This document shows positions 32,039-40,991 of a stretch of DNA of 64,000 nt, piece by piece. The stretch spans positions 7,626-71,625 of the forward strand of contig CAYPVK010000004.1 in assembly GCA_964414185.1 (NCBI GenBank), in the 5' to 3' direction. The notes below the pieces were generated by a model, which did no database searches, was not told the origin of the DNA, and worked only from the letters and a program-made list of their open reading frames with translations. The position numbers were made by a program, and so were the translations under genes. The first letter of the stretch is position 1, and the number at the start of each line of letters is the position of its first letter. The stretch is from an uncultured Lactobacillales bacterium. GTDB lineage: Bacteria; Pseudomonadota; Alphaproteobacteria; CAAHEQ01; UBA3637.

Positions 32039-33553
32039 ATGGCAAAAGAAAAAATCGTTTTAGGATTTTTGCATCAAAAAAAATACATACCGTTTTTGTT
32101 ATTGTTCAGCGGTGCGGCAGCGGCTTTTTCAATGGCGCCCTATTACATTTTGCCGTTTATGTTTATCGGGTTATCGTATTTGTTATACCAATTATTTCAT
32201 ACGACAAGCAAAGGACGGGCATTTGCTTACGGATTTTGTTTTGGCTTTGCTTTCGGTGCCGTTTCAATGGCATGGCTTGGTAATGCTTTGATGATTGACG
32301 GCGGCACGTTTGCCTGTTTAATTCCATTGGTTTGGATCGGCATGGGGCTTTTATTCGGATTGTTTTATGCCATTCCCGCATGGCTCGCAATGTACGCCCC
32401 CAGCGGTTGGCGGCGTTGGTGTGCTTTCGGCGGATGGTTCGTCGTATTTGAATGGGTACGCAGTTGGTTTTTAAGCGGTTTTCCGTGGAATTTAACGGGT
32501 TCGGTTTGGAACGTATCAACCGAAATGTTGCAATCGGCAAGTATTTGGGGCGTGTACGGTTTGTCATTATTAACGGTACTGACATTTACGACGGGTGCTT
32601 TTTTACCGCGCAAAAAGCCAATCGTTTCGGCTGTTTTGATTTTGGGGCTTTTTTATTTGGGGGGACTGTGGCGTTTATATGATATGATGCCCGAAAACGT
32701 ATGGGGTGTGAAGTTGCGCCTTGTCCAACCCGATATTGCGCAAACGTTGAAATGGGACAGAGCCAAGGCCGATGAACATTATTCCAAACTCATTAAAATG
32801 TCGGCAAAAGATAATGAAGATATTACGCATGTGCTTTGGCCCGAATCGGCCGTTGCGTTTTTGGTTGATAAAAATGAAGGGGAACGCGTACGGATGATGT
32901 CGGCCGTTCGCCAAGGCGGCACGTTGATAACGGGGGGATTGCGCGGTGCGAATATTGATACGTGGGAACTGGGCAACAGCATTTTTATTTTGGATGACTT
33001 GGCCGATATTCGCGGATTTTATGACAAATCGCATTTAGTGCCGTTCGGCGAATATATGCCGTTGCGAAATATTTTGCCGCTTGACAAAATCGTGCCGATC
33101 GGCGCCGATTTTCAAAGCGGCAGTGGCGTTCGTACCATTCATATCCCCAAAGCGCCGCCCGCTTCCCCGTTGGTTTGTTATGAAATTATTTTTTCAGGCA
33201 AAGTGGCGCAAAAGAAACCGCGTCCGTCGTGGATAATTAATGTATCCAATGATGCGTGGTACGGATTATCGGCGGGACCTTACCAGCATTTTGACATGGC
33301 CGTGATGCGCGCAGTGGAAGAAGGGCTACCGGTTGCGCGGGCGACAAATAATGGTATCAGCGCCGTCATCGACCCGTACGGGCGCGTGCCGGAAGCGTTG
33401 GATTTGGGAACCGAAGGCGTTTTGGATGCACCGTTGCCGCGTGCGATTGAAGCAACTTTTTATGCCAAGATGGGCGTTTTGGTACCGTTGTTTTTCGCTT
33501 TTCTTTGCATCGGGTTGTCCATACGGTTTAACAGGCGCAAAAACAATAAATAG
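32039..33553 (+). CDS. lnt: Apolipoprotein N-acyltransferase
   Basis: 504 aa. An N-terminal polytopic domain is followed by a CN-hydrolase domain (VLWPESA, catalytic Cys in PLVCYEIIF). Confidence 0.92.
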   Translation: MAKEKIVLGFLHQKKYIPFLLLFSGAAAAFSMAPYYILPFMFIGLSYLLYQLFHTTSKGRAFAYGFCFGFAFGAVSMAWLGNALMIDGGTFACLIPLVWIGMGLLFGLFYAIPAWLAMYAPSGWRRWCAFGGWFVVFEWVRSWFLSGFPWNLTGSVWNVSTEMLQSASIWGVYGLSLLTVLTFTTGAFLPRKKPIVSAVLILGLFYLGGLWRLYDMMPENVWGVKLRLVQPDIAQTLKWDRAKADEHYSKLIKMSAKDNEDITHVLWPESAVAFLVDKNEGERVRMMSAVRQGGTLITGGLRGANIDTWELGNSIFILDDLADIRGFYDKSHLVPFGEYMPLRNILPLDKIVPIGADFQSGSGVRTIHIPKAPPASPLVCYEIIFSGKVAQKKPRPSWIINVSNDAWYGLSAGPYQHFDMAVMRAVEEGLPVARATNNGISAVIDPYGRVPEALDLGTEGVLDAPLPRAIEATFYAKMGVLVPLFFAFLCIGLSIRFNRRKNNK

Positions 33554-33608
33554 TCTGACATTAACATAAAAAGCTTGGCAACGGCAAAAAAAGTGCTATG
33601 CTTAAAGA

Positions 33609-34538
33609 ATGATTGATCCGAAACGTTTTTCATCAAAATATAAATCTTGCCCGAAAGAATGCCCCTTTCGGATTAAGATGGGTGTTTCATTTGAATTTTT
33701 GCCGTTTTATTGCGAATACTTTGAACAATACTTGGGAATTGGCGATGATTCGCTTCCGCTCAGATGCGCTGAATGCTTACAAAAAAAGGAAAATTACGTC
33801 CATGCCGGTTTGGCATTCATCAGCGGTTTCACCTCACCCAAAATTTCAATTGAGGATACAAAAGAAGCCTTTTTGGCTCAAAAACCACCCTTTCAAAAGA
33901 TGTACGTGGAAATCATCAAAAAAACGGGGCGCCAAATCGGCATTTATTTGGGGGAACCGGCAACGCCGCAAATTTTGTCGGGCAATTTAATCAAATCTTT
34001 GTATGATATTTGGAAAGGGTTGGATTCGCCCGAATTTCAAGAATTTAAAGATATACTTGAAAATGCGGACAGTCCGTTCGGCGATGTATTGTTAACGCGA
34101 TTGGAAAACACGTTGTTGCAAAATTTATTCCAAGCGTTGGACAAATCCGAACGTTCCGTTTTAAAAGGCGCGGTGGAATCTCAGAGTTTAAGTGCTTCTT
34201 TTTTTAAAGAGTTTCGTTCAATGCCCAAACACAGCAATTTGTTGAAAGATTTGCGCCGTGTGTTGAACGAATACGACCCGAAAATTCAAAAAGCTCAAGA
34301 AATTGACAAACAAAAACGTATGCAATCCGCTCGCATAAAACAAATGCAAGATCAAGTCAAAGCAAAACAACTGCAATTTCAGCAGCAGCAACAACAAAAG
34401 ATACAGCAACAACAAACAAAACAACAAAAAGTTCAGCCGATTATTCAAGATCAGGTAAAGGCAAAGCAAGCACAAGAAAAGCAAGATCAGGAAAAATTAC
34501 GGCAGCAACAAATGGTGCACCGCAATCGGAGCCGATAA
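33609..34538 (+). CDS. Hypothetical protein with Cys-rich N-terminus and Gln/Lys-rich C-terminus
   Basis: 309 aa. Cys pairs (CPKECP, CAEC) lie near the N-terminus. The C-terminal 70 aa are Q/K low complexity (QFQQQQQQKIQQQQTKQQK). Confidence 0.55.
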   Translation: MIDPKRFSSKYKSCPKECPFRIKMGVSFEFLPFYCEYFEQYLGIGDDSLPLRCAECLQKKENYVHAGLAFISGFTSPKISIEDTKEAFLAQKPPFQKMYVEIIKKTGRQIGIYLGEPATPQILSGNLIKSLYDIWKGLDSPEFQEFKDILENADSPFGDVLLTRLENTLLQNLFQALDKSERSVLKGAVESQSLSASFFKEFRSMPKHSNLLKDLRRVLNEYDPKIQKAQEIDKQKRMQSARIKQMQDQVKAKQLQFQQQQQQKIQQQQTKQQKVQPIIQDQVKAKQAQEKQDQEKLRQQQMVHRNRSR

Positions 34539-34644
34539 ACGACTAAAAGATTGAACGAAAATTTTGCCGATATTTATTCGTCCGTCGGAAGAAAATATTT
34601 CATACAATATGAATTAAAATAATTTCACGCAGATAAAATAGTTC

Positions 34645-34673
34645 TTGACAAAGTAAATAAATTCATGTATAGT
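34645..34673 (+). promoter_or_regulatory. Candidate promoter of rpmJ
   Basis: TTGACA (34645-34650), a 17-nt spacer, TATAGT (34668-34673), about 30 nt upstream of the rpmJ ATG. Confidence 0.45.
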
Positions 34674-34704
34674 TCGGGTCAGTTTTGACAAGAAAGGGAA
34701 GCCT

Positions 34705-34830
34705 ATGAAAGTTCGTTGTTCACTCAAGTCCGCCAAAATGCGCGATAAAAACTGCAAAGTTGTTCGTCGCAAAGGACGCGTATACGTTATCAATAAAAAG
34801 AATCCTAAATTAAAGGCTCGTCAAGGTTAA
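34705..34830 (+). CDS. rpmJ: 50S ribosomal protein L36
   Basis: Below the ORF-track cutoff. GGGAAG RBS, then [41 protein letters not shown], a classic 41-aa L36. Confidence 0.9.
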   Translation: MKVRCSLKSAKMRDKNCKVVRRKGRVYVINKKNPKLKARQG

Positions 34831-34882
34831 TCCCGACTTGCCATAAAGATTTGGTAATCTTTTATGACATACGTTTAAAAAA

Positions 34883-34910
34883 GCCCGCCCGATTTTACGG
34901 CGGTTTTTTT
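34883..34910 (+). terminator. Intrinsic terminator after rpmJ
   Basis: CCGCC-cgattttac-GGCGG followed by TTTTTTT. Confidence 0.6.
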
Positions 34911-35064
34911 ATATTTAAAATCGGCATTTAAGCTGCCCATTTATTGTCGCACCATTCGAAAGACAGCTTTTTTTAAGGCAAAATCGGACGAATTTCCCCT
35001 TGTAACATTTCGTTTTAATTCCTACTATATTGATGTTAACATTTTTACAAAAAGGGGGACAAAC

Positions 35065-35667
35065 ATGTTAAAACAACTAATCATAGGCGCTGCCGTTGCT
35101 GCCATTTCTTTATCGGTAAATGCTCAATCCCGCACCAATCCGATGGTAAAGGTTTTGCAACCCGACGGGACATATAAAACGGAAACTTTGGATCAAGCCG
35201 CCAAAGAAAAGCGCGAACAAATGATGCAACAAAAAGGGGCGCGCAAAAAAGAAATGCACGAAGAAAAAAAAGAACGGCGCGAAATGAAGAAAGAATGGGA
35301 AAAACATCAAAAAGATACGGATGAAAGTTACAGAAAAAAACATTGGTCCGACAATGACGATGATGATACGCGCGACGAATGGAAAAACAAGAAAAAAGAA
35401 TTAAAAGAAGAATACAAAGATAAAAAACGTGCCTTGAAATCTCAAATGCGTGAAGCTCAAACAAATACTCAAAATTCGATGGACCAAGCCGGTGTAGATG
35501 CACGAACGGCGGCTCGCAATGCGGCCGACGGCGGCAATCCGACTATGGGAACGCATATGGAAAATGCTTGGGACCAAACAAAATCCAGCTCGCGCCAAAT
35601 GGGGCGTGACATCAAAAAAGGGTATCAAGATACCAAAGATTATGTAAGTGATACTGTAAGCGATTAA
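35065..35667 (+). CDS. Secreted, highly charged (Lys/Glu/Asp-rich) protein
   Basis: GGGGGA RBS and signal peptide MLKQLIIGAAVAAISLSVNA. The mature part is dominated by K/E/D/R runs. Confidence 0.6.
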   Translation: MLKQLIIGAAVAAISLSVNAQSRTNPMVKVLQPDGTYKTETLDQAAKEKREQMMQQKGARKKEMHEEKKERREMKKEWEKHQKDTDESYRKKHWSDNDDDDTRDEWKNKKKELKEEYKDKKRALKSQMREAQTNTQNSMDQAGVDARTAARNAADGGNPTMGTHMENAWDQTKSSSRQMGRDIKKGYQDTKDYVSDTVSD

Positions 35668-35688
35668 GCATTTTTCGAATTAAACGAA

Positions 35689-35717
35689 AAAGCCGCCCTA
35701 AAAAAGGCGGCTTTTTG
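35689..35717 (+). terminator. Intrinsic terminator
   Basis: AGCCGCC-ctaaaaaa-GGCGGCT followed by TTTTT. Confidence 0.75.
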
Positions 35718-35828
35718 GCGGTTATTTTAATTTATTTGAAAATTTAATATTGATTTTCATTGATATTTCGGAAATTTGTGCTAACCTGTCGGTTGCGAAA
35801 TTTTAATTTTTATCAAGGAGATTCCCCC

Positions 35829-36191
35829 ATGTATAAATTTATTTTGATGAGTGTCAGCATTCTTTCTTTAAGCGTTTGTGTCCAAGCACAAAATTTGTTG
35901 GACTCCGCCGTTTCATCCGTCAACAACGCTTCGGCTGCAGTATCCGAATCTTCGGCAAATATTTCCGCCAAAGCATCCACTGCCAAAAAAGAAGCGGCCG
36001 CAAAGAAAGCCGAAGCTCAAAAACAACGCGAAGAAGCTAAAAAAGAAAAAGCCGAAAAAAAAGCACAAGCCCGGCAAGAAAGGCAAGAAGCTAAGGCAAA
36101 ATTGAAACAAGCCAAAAAAGAAATGAAACAAAGCGCAAAAGATGCCCAAAAAAGCGTAACGCAAGCTTGGGGTTCTTTAACGGAACAATAA
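35829..36191 (+). CDS. Secreted Lys/Ala/Glu-rich coiled-coil-like protein
   Basis: Start taken at MYKFILMSVSILSLSVCVQA (signal peptide) behind AAGGAG. The mature part is AKKEAAAKKAEAQKQREEAKKEKAEKKAQARQ... Confidence 0.55.
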   Translation: MYKFILMSVSILSLSVCVQAQNLLDSAVSSVNNASAAVSESSANISAKASTAKKEAAAKKAEAQKQREEAKKEKAEKKAQARQERQEAKAKLKQAKKEMKQSAKDAQKSVTQAWGSLTEQ

Positions 36192-36220
36192 AATTCGGCA
36201 ATTTAATTTTTTCAAACGAT

Positions 36221-36261
36221 TCGGCGGTTTTCGGTCAGTAGGCATTAACCGCCGATTTTTT
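36221..36261 (+). terminator. Intrinsic terminator
   Basis: TCGGCGGTT...AACCGCCGA followed by TTTTTT. Confidence 0.65.
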
Positions 36262-36352
36262 ATGTAAAAACGGGTTTCAAATACATGACCTATACCCGTT
36301 TTTTTCGTTCGACGGCATATTTTATGATGAAGTGATACTTTTCGGTATTTTT

Positions 36353-36991
36353 TTATTGACTGACCCACAAAACACGGCTCATCCACACCACTTCATTTGG
36401 CGAGACAATAATGTCCGGATGAACCGGATTGACGGATTTTAATTCGACCTGAAGTGCGGATTTACGAACAAGTTCTTTGACCATGACTTCACCGGTTATT
36501 AATTTGACGACAACTCGGTCGCCGCGACGGACTTCCGAATCGGGAGAAACGATTAATTTATCCCCGTCGCGATAGGCGGGTTCCATACTGTCGCCGGAAA
36601 CTTCCAACGCATAAACTCTTTTTGCCAAAATCGTCGGAAATTCAATACCGTCCCACGATTCAACGCCCAGCGGGTAACCGTCACTGTCAAAATATCCGTC
36701 CCGACCCGCTTTGGCAAAACCGAGCAAAGGTACGGTTTGGGATTTAGAGCTTGGGGTAGGTTCCCCCGCCAATTCCATAAATTCGAAAATCGTGGTATTG
36801 GTTGCCTGCAACAATTTATTCATACTTTCCGTGGATGGCCAACGTTTCCTTCCGTCTGCACCGAGTCGTTTCGATTTATTAAAACTTGTCGGATCCAAAC
36901 CGGATTTAACGGCCAGGGCAGATAATGACAACCCTTTCTTTTCCGCTAAATTTTCAATACCGTCCCATATTTCCGCATAAGTCAGGTGCAT
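36353..36991 (-). CDS. CI/LexA-like repressor with S24 peptidase domain
   Basis: 212 aa. The N-terminal HTH-like region is LAEKKGLSLSALAVKSGLDPTSFNKSKR. The C-terminal S24 domain has the Ser in VSGDSMEP and a Lys in VMVKEL. Confidence 0.8.
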   Translation of the reverse strand: MHLTYAEIWDGIENLAEKKGLSLSALAVKSGLDPTSFNKSKRLGADGRKRWPSTESMNKLLQATNTTIFEFMELAGEPTPSSKSQTVPLLGFAKAGRDGYFDSDGYPLGVESWDGIEFPTILAKRVYALEVSGDSMEPAYRDGDKLIVSPDSEVRRGDRVVVKLITGEVMVKELVRKSALQVELKSVNPVHPDIIVSPNEVVWMSRVLWVSQ

Positions 36992-37068
36992 TTCTTTGGT
37001 TTCCTCTCACTATCGTATTAGTTGTAATTATCTATACCACAAGATTTTTGTCTTGTCAATAGGATTAT

Positions 37069-37123
37069 TTTCTTATTTTGCTCTTGACAACTTATTTATT
37101 TTAGATTAGTTCTTATTTTGTTC
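37069..37123. promoter_or_regulatory. Direct-repeat operator candidates in the divergent promoter region; the second is an exact GTTC-N7-GTTC
   Basis: TTTCTTATTTTGCTC (37069-37083) and GTTCTTATTTTGTTC (37109-37123) are spaced 40 bp apart. TTGACA lies at 37084-37089 between them. Confidence 0.4.
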
Positions 37124-37145
37124 TTAATCCCGAAGGAGAAAAAAC

Positions 37146-37502
37146 ATGAAAAAAACATATTGCAATGCTTATGAAACCGAAGACACGACACCTTTTGATT
37201 CATCGGAAGAGGCGTGGTTTTGGTGTTGTTTGTGCGAATCGCTCGGGCATATCAGAGCTCATGGCGGCGACCGAAAAATTTCCAGGCCGTGCGAATCGTC
37301 CGATATCATCATTGCCGTAAAAAGGCTTGTACAATCCGGCAAAATAACGACGGAACAAGCCAAAATATTATTAAAATACGGCAAAGAGCAAACACCGCCC
37401 CACCCGCATTTCGGCGACAGTTTGCGTGTTTGTTCATTATGGAGAGAGGCATTGAATTTTTTGGGCGGCATTTTAAAACAAAAAGGCATTGTTGCATCCT
37501 GA
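37146..37502 (+). CDS. Hypothetical protein (early/regulatory position of the phage-like cluster)
   Basis: GAAGGAG RBS, 118 aa. No recognised motif. Confidence 0.45.
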   Translation: MKKTYCNAYETEDTTPFDSSEEAWFWCCLCESLGHIRAHGGDRKISRPCESSDIIIAVKRLVQSGKITTEQAKILLKYGKEQTPPHPHFGDSLRVCSLWREALNFLGGILKQKGIVAS

Positions 37503-37600
37503 AAAAAAAGAACGGCAACATTGTTTTTTAAGTGCGATAAATAAGCCGAATCGTATAATTCATCTAAAAAAAAAGAAAGAAAAAAACGGAAAGAATATAT

Positions 37601-37990
37601 ATGAAAAACAATACGTTAAAAGGATACAGATACCCATTCGCCATTGTTGGATTCGGAGGACAGCCCCGATGGTGGTGGATGAAATTTTTAAAAAAAGGAT
37701 TTTATCATTGCTTTGTTGTATTGGGTAACGGGTTTGATTGGATTTTGATTGATCCGTTGGCTCATTTTACCGATACGATTATCCTGAAAAACGTGAATAT
37801 CAAAGGATATTTAAGCGCTCAGGGCTATAAATTGGTCTTGACGACGCCCAATGTTCCGTCTTACTCCAAACCGCGGTTCAGACCTTATACATGCGTAGAA
37901 AGCGTCAAAAGGGTATTAGGAATAAAAAACCCTTATATTTTAACACCTTATCAATTATTTCAATTTTTAATAGAAAAAAAAGGAAAATAA
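37601..37990 (+). CDS. Hypothetical protein; possible permuted papain-like (His...Cys) fold
   Basis: 129 aa. YHCFVVLGNG and YTCVESVKRVLGI recall the LRAT/NlpC-like His-then-Cys arrangement. Weak. Confidence 0.4.
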   Translation: MKNNTLKGYRYPFAIVGFGGQPRWWWMKFLKKGFYHCFVVLGNGFDWILIDPLAHFTDTIILKNVNIKGYLSAQGYKLVLTTPNVPSYSKPRFRPYTCVESVKRVLGIKNPYILTPYQLFQFLIEKKGK

Positions 37991-38067
37991 TCCTTGACTT
38001 ATGAACAAAAGTATGCTATATTGAAACTCAATTAATAACCACAAGTGTATTTAAAAAAAAATCAACA

Positions 38068-38098
38068 ACCGCTCTGAAAAAATCAGGGCGGTTTTTTT
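38068..38098 (+). terminator. Intrinsic terminator separating the early ORFs from the structural module
   Basis: ACCGCTCTGA-aaaaa-TCAGGGCGGT followed by TTTTTTT. Confidence 0.75.
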
Positions 38099-38233
38099 CA
38101 ATCTATGGTTGAAACGTGAAATTTCTTAAAAACATACTATGGTATTCATTTAGTTTTCAGCCCGCAAAACAAGATTGGCGCAAGATTAAATGATTAAGAT
38201 TCTTGAAACTTAAATTAAGGAGAATTATTTTAA

Positions 38234-39817
38234 ATGTCTGACATCCAAAGCCTTTATGAACAATATAAAAAAGCCAACGCTAAACGTTCCCTGTGGGAAT
38301 CGACATGGCAAGAATGTTATGAATATGCCCTGCCCCAACGCGAAGGCGTTTTTTCTTCCAGCCAATCGAAAATCAATAACTTGTATGACGGCACGGCACC
38401 TGATTGTGTAGATCAGTTATCGGCCATCATGCTTTCGGAAATGACGCCTCCGTGGCTCAGATGGTTTCAATTGACGGCCGGCACGGATTTATCCGATGAA
38501 GAAGTTATGCAGATTACGCCGACGTTGGAAACCATTTCAAGTACGCTTCAAACGCAATTTGACCGTTCCAATTTTGCTTTGGAAGTCCACCAAGCCTATT
38601 TGGATTTGGTAACCGTCGGAACGGCATGTTTGTTGTTTGAAGAAGCCCCCGTCGGTTCAACATCCGCATTTCGGTTTTTATCCGTTCCTTTATCCGAAAT
38701 TTGTTTGGACGAAGGGCCGACGGGACGGTTGGATGTAACCTTTCGCAAATCGCAAACGGATTATTTAAGCTTAAAAAAACGTTTCCCGGGATTTGAATTG
38801 CCGGATAGGATGGTTAAAAAGCTTGTCGAAGACGAAGCAAAAATTTCTTTAATCGAAGCGGTCATCCCGCGTGTTAACGGGGGATATACATACACGGCAT
38901 TTTTGGAACCGAACAACCAGCATGATGCCCTGAACGGCGTTTCGGACCTCTTAAAAGAGGCTGTCTTTCAAACATCGCCGTTCATTTCTTTCCGCTGGTT
39001 AAAAGCACCGGGTGAAGTTTACGGGCGTTCGCCTGTCATGAAAACGCTGCCTGACATCAAAACCGCGAACAAGGTAGTGGAACTTATATTGAAGAATGCT
39101 TCAATTTCCGTGACGGGCATTTGGTTAGCCGAGGACGACGGCGTTTTAAATCCGTCAAATATCCAACTTGTACCCGGTGCCATCATTCCGAAAGCCGTCG
39201 GGTCCAAAGGTTTAACGCCTTTGGAAGCTCCCGGCAAATTCGACGTATCGCAATTAATGATTGATGATTTACGGTCACGTATTCGCCATGCTTTGTTGGG
39301 AGATAAACTGGGCAACGTCGAATCGCCCAAAATGACGGCAACGGAAGTTTTGGAACGGTCGAATGAAATGATGCGCATTTTAGGTGCCACCTACGGCCGG
39401 CTTCAAACCGAATTGCTGATGCCGTTGGTAGAAAGGGCATGCGCCATTTTAAGAAAACGCGGCGAAATTCCCGAAGTTTACGTCGACGGCAGATTGCTTA
39501 AAGTTGCCTATAAATCGACACGGGCGGAAGATCAGGCTCAAACAGATGCCGAAAATGCGCTTAAATGGCTTAATTGCGTCTTACAATTAGGGGAAACTGC
39601 GCTTGAAACCGTCGATATTAAAGCTTTTGTCAGATGGTTGGGGAGTAAGTTAAATGTTCCCAGTTCCGTCATGAATGATTTTGACAACCCGATCAATCTG
39701 TCAACCGTTTTGGGGCAGTCAAATACGCTTGACAAAGACGTTTCGAATCAAAGCGGACCAAACGGATTACCCCAAATGGCGGGCCAAACGAACTTGCTCA
39801 GCCGAGCGGGGGCATAA
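38234..39817 (+). CDS. Phage portal (head-to-tail connector) protein, podovirus type
   Basis: 527 aa and AAGGAG RBS. The N-terminal pattern YEQYKKANAKRSLWESTWQECYEYALPQRE resembles the T7 gp8-type connector N-terminus. It is the first gene of the structural module. Confidence 0.75.
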   Translation: MSDIQSLYEQYKKANAKRSLWESTWQECYEYALPQREGVFSSSQSKINNLYDGTAPDCVDQLSAIMLSEMTPPWLRWFQLTAGTDLSDEEVMQITPTLETISSTLQTQFDRSNFALEVHQAYLDLVTVGTACLLFEEAPVGSTSAFRFLSVPLSEICLDEGPTGRLDVTFRKSQTDYLSLKKRFPGFELPDRMVKKLVEDEAKISLIEAVIPRVNGGYTYTAFLEPNNQHDALNGVSDLLKEAVFQTSPFISFRWLKAPGEVYGRSPVMKTLPDIKTANKVVELILKNASISVTGIWLAEDDGVLNPSNIQLVPGAIIPKAVGSKGLTPLEAPGKFDVSQLMIDDLRSRIRHALLGDKLGNVESPKMTATEVLERSNEMMRILGATYGRLQTELLMPLVERACAILRKRGEIPEVYVDGRLLKVAYKSTRAEDQAQTDAENALKWLNCVLQLGETALETVDIKAFVRWLGSKLNVPSSVMNDFDNPINLSTVLGQSNTLDKDVSNQSGPNGLPQMAGQTNLLSRAGA

Positions 39818-39819
39818 AT

Positions 39820-40023
39820 ATGACAGATGCCGTCCAATTTACGCGCTTATTTTCCACTCAGGCGGGGATGAGCGTTTTAAAGTATTTAAAAGATTTAACG
39901 CATAACAGGGTTTTACCGGCTTCCTGCAGTGATGCGGAGCTGAGATTTTTGGAAGGTCAGAGATATCTTGTCAGCCAGATTGAAAATTTGATTAAACAAG
40001 GTAAACAAAACCCTTCGATTTAA
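39820..40023 (+). CDS. Small conserved phage protein next to portal
   Basis: 67 aa, coupled to the portal stop. From memory it resembles small ORFs found beside portals in BPP-1-like podoviruses. Unverified. Confidence 0.45.
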   Translation: MTDAVQFTRLFSTQAGMSVLKYLKDLTHNRVLPASCSDAELRFLEGQRYLVSQIENLIKQGKQNPSI

Positions 40024-40038
40024 CAAGGAGAAAAAAAT

Positions 40039-40869
40039 ATGCCTCAAAGCAAAGAAGTAAACAAAACGATAGAAGATGAAAATTTCGGCCGAATGCCTTC
40101 AAAGGGCATGTCGGGTCGTGCCGACACCAAAGGTTCAACAATTGATATGTCCGGCAATGCCGGCAATCGTTACGGCAATTATAAAGAAACGGAAGCCGGC
40201 AACGGTTTCGGATTGGAAACAAATGCCGGATTAACCATTCCGGAAAAATTCAAAGACCCCAAAACGGGTGAAATCAAAGTCGAAGAATTATTGAAATCTT
40301 ATTTGGCGCTTGAAAAAAAATTGTCCGAACGCGGCGTTTCACCGTCGGCCCGCGGCATGATGCCTGCCAATGCGGACGAATATGACATTCAATTAAAAAG
40401 CGATTTGATTACAATTGACCCGGAAATGAACGAACGTTTATTCGAATTGGGTTTTACAAACGAACAAGTTCAAGCCGTTTATGATTTGGCCGTTGAAAAA
40501 GTTTTGCCTTTGTTGCAGGAATTGTCGGCCGATTATAAAGCGGATCAGGAATTAGCCGCTTTGGAAAACGAATTCGGCGGTGCGGAACAATTCAACACGA
40601 TTGCCCGCCAAATTTCAGCATGGGGCGAAAAGAATTTAAATCCGGATATTTACGAAGCTTTGTGTTGCAGCAAAGACGGCATTTTGACGATGTACAAAAT
40701 GATGGGCGGCAATGCCGAACCCAGTTTGATGCAAGAATCTGCGGAACAATATCCGGCAGACACGGAAGAGACGTTGCGGGCATTGATGCGCGATCCGAGA
40801 TATTGGCGCAAAAATAATCCGTCAATTGTCAAACGCGTGGAAGAAGGTTTTAAACGCCTTTATAAATAA
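40039..40869 (+). CDS. Putative scaffolding protein
   Basis: 276 aa, acidic and helical. Lies between portal and capsid. Confidence 0.5.
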   Translation: MPQSKEVNKTIEDENFGRMPSKGMSGRADTKGSTIDMSGNAGNRYGNYKETEAGNGFGLETNAGLTIPEKFKDPKTGEIKVEELLKSYLALEKKLSERGVSPSARGMMPANADEYDIQLKSDLITIDPEMNERLFELGFTNEQVQAVYDLAVEKVLPLLQELSADYKADQELAALENEFGGAEQFNTIARQISAWGEKNLNPDIYEALCCSKDGILTMYKMMGGNAEPSLMQESAEQYPADTEETLRALMRDPRYWRKNNPSIVKRVEEGFKRLYK

Positions 40870-40991
40870 GGTTTAATTTTAAGGCAAACCTTTTTTAAAG
40901 GTCCTTAAAAAAAATAATGGCAAAACGACTATGTTTTACAACCGAATCTGTTTATTTTTAATAATAACTCATAAAATATAAGGAAAAAAAT

